In this document: in pieces, positions 58,697 to 64,000 of the stretch
Layout: every line of letters starts with the position of its first letter
Position numbering within the stretch: position 1 is the stretch's first letter
Assembly (NCBI GenBank): GCA_965215605.1
Contig: OZ244070.1
Span: 2,112,001-2,176,000, forward strand
Source: an uncultured Candidatus Binatia bacterium
GTDB taxonomy: Bacteria; Desulfobacterota; Binatia; UBA9968; JAJDTQ01
DNA length: 64,000 nt
Reading direction: 5' to 3'
Made by a program: the position numbers and the translations under genes
Notes under the pieces: model-generated
What the model saw: only the letters and a program-made list of their open reading frames with translations
What the model was told of the DNA's origin: nothing
The model's database searches: none

Positions 58697-59994
58697 TGGT
58701 TCCGCGTCCTTTCCGCTCGGCCGCGACCCCCGCCGGGCCGGCCTTCCCGCCCGGCTCCCCGCCGCCCTCGGCGGGAACCCGCGCGCGGGCCGTCACCAGC
58801 GATCCGGATCCGCTGGCCGTGGCGCACGAGGCTGCTGCCCAGGGTGACGACCTGATCACCTCTGCGCAGGTCTCCCGTCACCTCCACCCAACCGCCGTTC
58901 CGGAGACCCGGCGTGACCTTCACCCGCTCCACCTTGCTGCCTTCGTCCGTCAGCCTGAACACGCCGTACCCCGCCCTGGTCTTCACCGGTGAGGCTTCCG
59001 GAACCATCAGAACGCCGCGTTTGCGCTCCACCACGATGGTGGTACGCGCAAACATGCCGGGCTTGAGCACGCCGTCGGGGTTGTCGAGCTCGATCTCCGC
59101 CTCGGCGGTGCGAGTCTGCGGGTTGAGGATCGGCGACATGCGCGTGATGGTGCCGTTGAACCGCTCGTCCGGGTAGGCGTCGACCTTGACGGCCACCGGC
59201 TGTCCCAGGGAAACTCTGCGGTAGTCCCCCTCCACCACGGCAATGCCGACCTTGACCCGGTCGATGTCCACGACCTCGAACAAGGGGGTGCTGGCACTCA
59301 CGAGGGCGCCGCGGTCCACCATGCGGCGGCTCACGTGACCCGCGAACGGCGAGCGCACCTCGGTGTGCGCCAGGCGGATGCGGGCGTTGTCCAGGCGCGC
59401 CTGCATTTGCAGCATCTGGGCCTTGGTCAGGTCGACCTGGGATTCGGCGGACAGGACCTGGGTCTCCAGGTTGTTCACCTCCTCCCGAGACACCAGGTCC
59501 TTGCCCGCCAGGACCTTGACGTTCTGCCGGCGCCGTTCGAGGTTTTCCAGTTCCGCCTGGCGGCCCTTGAGCGTGGCCTGGGCCACGCGAAGCGATGCCT
59601 GCGCCTCGCGCAAGTCTTCCGCCAGCTCATCCTTCGCGAGCTGCCCCAGCAGTTGGCCCTCCTTGACGCGCTCGCCCACGGTGACGAACAGCTTGGCGAC
59701 CCGGCCGGAGGTCTTCGGCGCAATGGTGACCGCCGCGTTGGGTGCCAACGAGCCCACGTAGCTCAACGTCGCCTCGACGTTCCCCATCCGTACCTTTGCG
59801 GTTTTGACGGTGACCGCGCGGCCCGCGCCACGGCGTCGCCCTTGGTTGGCCTGTCCGGAATTGCGCTGTTCCGGCTTGTTCCTGGCTGCGCCGATTTCAA
59901 ACGGCCCGAGGCCGAGTGGAGGCCCGATGCCGAGGTAGTAGAGCACGCCGACGGCAATCGCCAGGACGACGAGAGTGGCAGCCACGCGTTTCAC
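58693..59994 (-). CDS. RND periplasmic adaptor (membrane fusion protein)
   Basis: N-terminal TM, SGRV…GERVKEGQ, RSPFAG, LKPGMFA. Confidence 0.92.
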   Translation of the reverse strand: MKRVAATLVVLAIAVGVLYYLGIGPPLGLGPFEIGAARNKPEQRNSGQANQGRRRGAGRAVTVKTAKVRMGNVEATLSYVGSLAPNAAVTIAPKTSGRVAKLFVTVGERVKEGQLLGQLAKDELAEDLREAQASLRVAQATLKGRQAELENLERRRQNVKVLAGKDLVSREEVNNLETQVLSAESQVDLTKAQMLQMQARLDNARIRLAHTEVRSPFAGHVSRRMVDRGALVSASTPLFEVVDIDRVKVGIAVVEGDYRRVSLGQPVAVKVDAYPDERFNGTITRMSPILNPQTRTAEAEIELDNPDGVLKPGMFARTTIVVERKRGVLMVPEASPVKTRAGYGVFRLTDEGSKVERVKVTPGLRNGGWVEVTGDLRRGDQVVTLGSSLVRHGQRIRIAGDGPRAGSRRGRRGAGREGRPGGGRGRAERTRNQ

Positions 59995-60270
59995 GGACGA
60001 AACCCCTGTCTCCGGGCCACGGCGGGTGCGGCCCGCTGCGGCTGGCAGGGCCGTGGCTTGCAGGTTGAGGATGAATCTGACGGGCCGTCCGGCTGGGTGT
60101 ACATAACCGTGAACTGCGCCCCGGCTTTCTCTGGAATAATCACGGATCCGCCGTCAGGCAGACCGAACCACCTATTGGACTCGCCGGGGTTCCGCCTGAT
60201 CCGTGCGCGACGGCAGAATAGCTTTCCGCGGACTCTACTGCAATACGCGAGCGGCGGGCGGGATGCGACA

Positions 60271-60876
60271 CTAGCGCGAACTGTCCAGGGCGATGGCCCG
60301 GGCCTCCTCCAGGTCGCGGCCCCCCGTCAGGCGGAGGATTTCGGCTTCGTACTCCGGCATGAGCGGCGTGAGGATGCCGCTCTGCCTGGCGTCCATAAGA
60401 TAGCGGATCCCGTCCCTCCCCACGGCGCCCGAGGGCGCCGCGGCGCTCGCGATGGCCAGACGAGCCAGGAGTTCAGGCGTCGGCTCTTCGACGTTCGCCC
60501 GCAACGCCGCGTGGAAAACCACGTCGAGCCCGGCGAAGCCGACCAGCCTCCCCAGGAAGGCGCTGTCCGGGTTGGCCGAGTCCACTTCCGCGTAGACATC
60601 GCCGCTGTCCACCCGGTTTCGCTCCCGCCGGTAGAGCATGTCCCGGGCGGCGGTCTCGTCCACCGAGTCATGCAGCACCAGCACCACCCCGGAAACGCGG
60701 GCGCCGCCCCGCTCCACCGGCACCAGCGTCGGCGCCCCGTCGCGCACGCGGCTGCTGCGGGAGAACTCGATCCTGAACGGCGTCTCCACACCGCCGATCC
60801 GGCGCACCGTCACCGGCCCGATCTCCGCTCCCGGATTGGGAATCAGCGAACCATACGCGAGAATGCCGATGGTCAT
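60271..60876 (-). CDS. Gamma-glutamylcyclotransferase/ChaC-like protein
   Basis: ILAYGSL, APTLVP, RRE, GIRYL. Confidence 0.6.
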   Translation of the reverse strand: MTIGILAYGSLIPNPGAEIGPVTVRRIGGVETPFRIEFSRSSRVRDGAPTLVPVERGGARVSGVVLVLHDSVDETAARDMLYRRERNRVDSGDVYAEVDSANPDSAFLGRLVGFAGLDVVFHAALRANVEEPTPELLARLAIASAAAPSGAVGRDGIRYLMDARQSGILTPLMPEYEAEILRLTGGRDLEEARAIALDSSR

Positions 60877-61081
60877 TGGGCGTCATTCTTGCAGCGCGCC
60901 CGCCGCGCTGCAAGGTCCGGTTGTATTGGATGCAAGTGGAAAAGCGCAGCCGGCAATTCTTGGAAACCGGGTATTCAAACTCCTGAAATTCAGGAGTCTG
61001 ACTTCCTGAATTGTCGAAATATGGTGGAGTTCCAAAAGGGGAACTGTCCCCGTATTGCGGTTTGGGAAGTCTAACGGATTG

Positions 61082-61118
61082 CTATAAGTTGATATGCTAT
61101 AAGATGTCCTATAGGATG
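61082..61118. promoter_or_regulatory. Three imperfect direct repeats (CTATARGWTG), likely a TA operator
   Basis: CTATAAGTTG, CTATAAGATG and CTATAGGATG immediately upstream of the PIN ATG. Confidence 0.45.
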
Positions 61119-61123
61119 TCGTT

Positions 61124-61543
61124 ATGAGGCTGGTGCTTGACACCAATGTTATCGTTTCTTCTTTTCGGAGTCGTCGAGGTGCCAGCAATTTGCTCCTTGG
61201 ATTGGTGGAAGCAGGGCATGCGAAGTTGTTGTGCTCTACGGCGCTTTTCCTGGAGTACGAGGCCGTGTTGAGCCGTGCAGAAACACTTGCCGTCACCGGA
61301 CACGATCTAGGTGAAGTTGCCAGGATCACGAACGCCCTTGCTGCCGTGAGCGAACCCGTGGACATTTCTTTCCGTGTACGTCCGCTACTACCCGACGCAG
61401 GTGATGAAATGGTTCTCGAAGCGGCTGTGAATGGAATGGCTGAGGCTATCGTGACTTACAATGTCCGGGATTTCGGTCCGGCAGGCGGGTTCGGGATAGA
61501 GGTTGCGCCGCTGAACCGCATCATAGGGAGATTAACCGTATGA
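61124..61543 (+). CDS. PIN-family putative toxin
   Basis: LVLDTNV, LEYEAVL, DAGDEMVLEAA, IVTYNVRDF. Confidence 0.88.
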   Translation: MRLVLDTNVIVSSFRSRRGASNLLLGLVEAGHAKLLCSTALFLEYEAVLSRAETLAVTGHDLGEVARITNALAAVSEPVDISFRVRPLLPDAGDEMVLEAAVNGMAEAIVTYNVRDFGPAGGFGIEVAPLNRIIGRLTV

Positions 61544-61803
61544 AGAGTACACCACGATACAAGTACCCGTTGCAGCTACCGGCCTCGTTGAAAGAAGCCG
61601 CCACGCGATTGGCCAAGGAGGACGGTGTTTCCCTCAATCAGTGGATCGTCGCGGCCGTCGCGCAGAAGGTTGGAGCGATCGAAACCGCGAAGTCATTTCT
61701 TGCGGAGCGTGGCGCCAGAGCGGTTGAGGGTGATCCCAAGCGTTATCTTGACAAGGCGCCGGACGTGCCACCCGAGCCGGGCGACGAATGGCCTGAGCGC
61801 TAG
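61540..61803 (+). CDS. Ribbon-helix-helix (HicB-like) antitoxin
   Basis: YPLQLPASLK…AKEDGVSLNQWIVAAVAQK…PDVPPEPGDE. Confidence 0.85.
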   Translation: MKSTPRYKYPLQLPASLKEAATRLAKEDGVSLNQWIVAAVAQKVGAIETAKSFLAERGARAVEGDPKRYLDKAPDVPPEPGDEWPER

Positions 61804-62054
61804 TGAAGGCGGGTGGAAGATGTTCTGGACCGGTTTCCGTCGGCCACTGGCTCGTTCAGCACCCTTTGCCCGCGGCGCGACTCATGGCTAGAACTTCTCG
61901 GAAGCATCAGGTCGTAAGCCCGGTCAATTCGTCGAGGTTCTCACGTCGCGACACGCCGTTCCCGGGCTCGTCGCAATCAGTGGTAGGGGCTTCTTGACGG
62001 TTGGCCTCTCGGCGAAGTGTATATGTAGAGGCGGCGAAGGAGGACACAAGGCAA

Positions 62055-64000
62055 ATGGACGCCGACGAGTTCAAGGTACAAGACATTCTGAGCCGTAATG
62101 AGCGGTTTATCGTCCCACTTTACCAGCGTCAGTACCAGTGGCATGACAGTCGCGACGGAAGCCGGACTCGTGCTTTCTGGCAGGACGTTGCGGCCAAGGC
62201 GGGCGACGTGCTCGATGGTCGCGCTCGGTTCGAGCATTACATGGGGGCTCTCCTGCTCGCGCCGGGGGCCACGCAACGTTCATTCGGTACGACACCGGTC
62301 GCTCAGGTCGTCGACGGTCAGCAGCGGCTCACCACATTTCTTGTCTTACTTTCTGCCATACGTGAAACTGCCAAAGACAAGGGTTTTGACGACATCGTCG
62401 ATGAGTGCCAGAAATATCTTTTCAATGAACCCGGAAAATCCGACACGGACGAGCTTGTACGATTCAAACTGACACCTACCCCTGTCGATCGCGAGGTTTT
62501 TTTCGACCTTCTCGACAAGGCATTGGTTGAAGTGCGTGACAAGTATCGGGCCCGGGGTGCTTACTGGGGCGTTGGCGTACCCAAGAACACGCAATTCCGC
62601 GCGCTACGCGCCTACGAATTCTTCCTCGCGCAGGTCGCCGACTTTGTCGCCAGCGGTCCCAGCGATGATACCGAAGTGGATATTGACCGGGACGCCCCAG
62701 AGAGCGCTCTTGCGGAAGAGGAGCGGGATTGCGACATTGCTCACCGTCGGCTGACGGCTGTGCTTGAGGCGCTCGTTTTTCACTTGAAATTGATCGTGAT
62801 CACGCTGGGTGAAGAGGACGACGCGCAGGTCATCTTCGAGACATTGAACTCAGCCGGTCAGCCACTTCTCGCGATGGATTTGGTCCGTAACAATATCTTT
62901 CACCGAGCGGAGGCTCAGCATGACGATCGGGGCAGAGCACGTGAACGCGCTGAACAGCTATATGGCGAGGTCTGGGCACCCTTTGACGATGCGTGGTGGC
63001 GGACGCCAGCGCCTTACGCTAGGCCACAACGACCGCGCATTGACCACTTCCTCGCCAATCTTCTGACAGCAGAAACCGGTGAGCGTACGACGGTGCGAGA
63101 ACTGTACGCTGAATATCGATCTTGGGCCACACCCAATCGCCGTCCTCGCTTCGACGCTGTCGAGGACGAATTGGCCGTTCTCCAGAGGCACGCTCCCACC
63201 TACGAAATACTTGAGGGACGGCTGGACAGAGACGGTACGATGGCTTGGCTCGGCGGGCGACTCCGGATGTGGCAGCACACGACCGCGTACCCAATTGCCT
63301 TCCAAATTGCACGGGAGCAGGTTGACCAACACACACGCGAAGGCATTGCGACCTTACTCGACAGCTATCTCACACGCCGTGCGCTTTGCGACTTGACCCC
63401 TAAGAACCTCAATCGACTATTTCCGCGATTGGCGAGCGTCCTCCAGCGAGAGGGCGTGTCGGTGGAGACCGTGCGCCGGTTCTTCGAGGGGCAGGACAGC
63501 CCCACGATTCGATTTCCAGACGATGATGAACTGCAGTCTGCTATCCTCGAAAAGCGTGCCTACGACCGAATCCCCTCCCGTATCCTTTCGGATATCCTTT
63601 GGAGGCTCGAACTCGAAAGCCGAAGCGCGAAGACGGAGGCTACAGCGCGTCCATCACTACTGTGGGTAGAACATGTCATGCCGGTGTCTTGGAAAGAAAA
63701 TTGGCCTCTGCGCGACGAAGTAGGGGAAACCGTCGGCTTTGAGCACCGGCACTACTGGGAGCGGCATTGGAAGAGGGAGACGGCGATTCATACTCTCGGC
63801 AATCTCACCATCGTGACGAGCACCCTTAACAGGTCACTCACGAACCTGGGCTTCAATGAAAAGAAGATCAAGCTCATCGAGCACTCGAATCTGACCCTTA
63901 ACCGCCGCATAGCCGAGCGCGATGACTGGGACGAGTCGGCTATCCGTGAGCGTGGTGAAGCACTCGCGAGGCTTGCGTGTGTGCTCTGGCCGATTCCGAC
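62055..64000 (+). CDS. DUF262-DUF1524 (GmrSD/SspE-like) modification-dependent nuclease, runs off the window end
   Basis: Manual translation: VPLYQRQYQW, VVDGQQRLTT, IFETLNS, VEHVMP, HTLGNLT…LN, all in the frame of the ATG at 62055. Confidence 0.88.
   Translation, partial: MDADEFKVQDILSRNERFIVPLYQRQYQWHDSRDGSRTRAFWQDVAAKAGDVLDGRARFEHYMGALLLAPGATQRSFGTTPVAQVVDGQQRLTTFLVLLSAIRETAKDKGFDDIVDECQKYLFNEPGKSDTDELVRFKLTPTPVDREVFFDLLDKALVEVRDKYRARGAYWGVGVPKNTQFRALRAYEFFLAQVADFVASGPSDDTEVDIDRDAPESALAEEERDCDIAHRRLTAVLEALVFHLKLIVITLGEEDDAQVIFETLNSAGQPLLAMDLVRNNIFHRAEAQHDDRGRARERAEQLYGEVWAPFDDAWWRTPAPYARPQRPRIDHFLANLLTAETGERTTVRELYAEYRSWATPNRRPRFDAVEDELAVLQRHAPTYEILEGRLDRDGTMAWLGGRLRMWQHTTAYPIAFQIAREQVDQHTREGIATLLDSYLTRRALCDLTPKNLNRLFPRLASVLQREGVSVETVRRFFEGQDSPTIRFPDDDELQSAILEKRAYDRIPSRILSDILWRLELESRSAKTEATARPSLLWVEHVMPVSWKENWPLRDEVGETVGFEHRHYWERHWKRETAIHTLGNLTIVTSTLNRSLTNLGFNEKKIKLIEHSNLTLNRRIAERDDWDESAIRERGEALARLACVLWPIP

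Noticed and set aside
60180-60235. ykkC/guanidine-I riboswitch-like GGGTTCCG motif
   Set aside because: It is on the wrong strand for the RND operon and the conserved 3' elements are missing.

Overview
High-GC bacterial chromosomal window. The gene content (TTT transporters, LLM oxidoreductases, form II cox genes, Sel1 repeats) suggests an aerobic heterotroph, possibly Deltaproteobacteria/Binatota-like; this is inference only. Bases 1-37 kb are mostly metabolic and housekeeping: LigB/LigA-type ring-cleavage dioxygenase, tandem Sel1 proteins, aat, a stand-alone NuoF-like flavoprotein plus [2Fe-2S] ferredoxin behind a BoxB-like remnant, a TctC/TctAB transporter, CoA-transferase/MaoC, form II coxSLM, hemE-hemG, dinB/radA and a heterodimeric ABC exporter. 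Bases 37-64 kb are a decaying defence/toxin-antitoxin mosaic interleaved with oppABC and an RND pump. It holds HigA-ImmA with truncated higB, phd-vapC, a TM0106-type RecB-nuclease/exonuclease/SF1-helicase fusion, AbiEi with truncated abiEii fused to an hsdS fragment, a second helicase-less TM0106 nuclease, XRE-ImmA plus PIN, PIN plus RHH, and DUF262-DUF1524. The strongest signal missed by the ORF track is a selenocysteine-containing GrdA (CFVU, in-frame TGA at 48581-48583 followed by a perfect SECIS-like hairpin). It is paired only with grdC; grdB/E/D and trx are absent from the window. No tRNA, rRNA or CRISPR array was seen. All family calls come from motif recognition by eye, not database searches.
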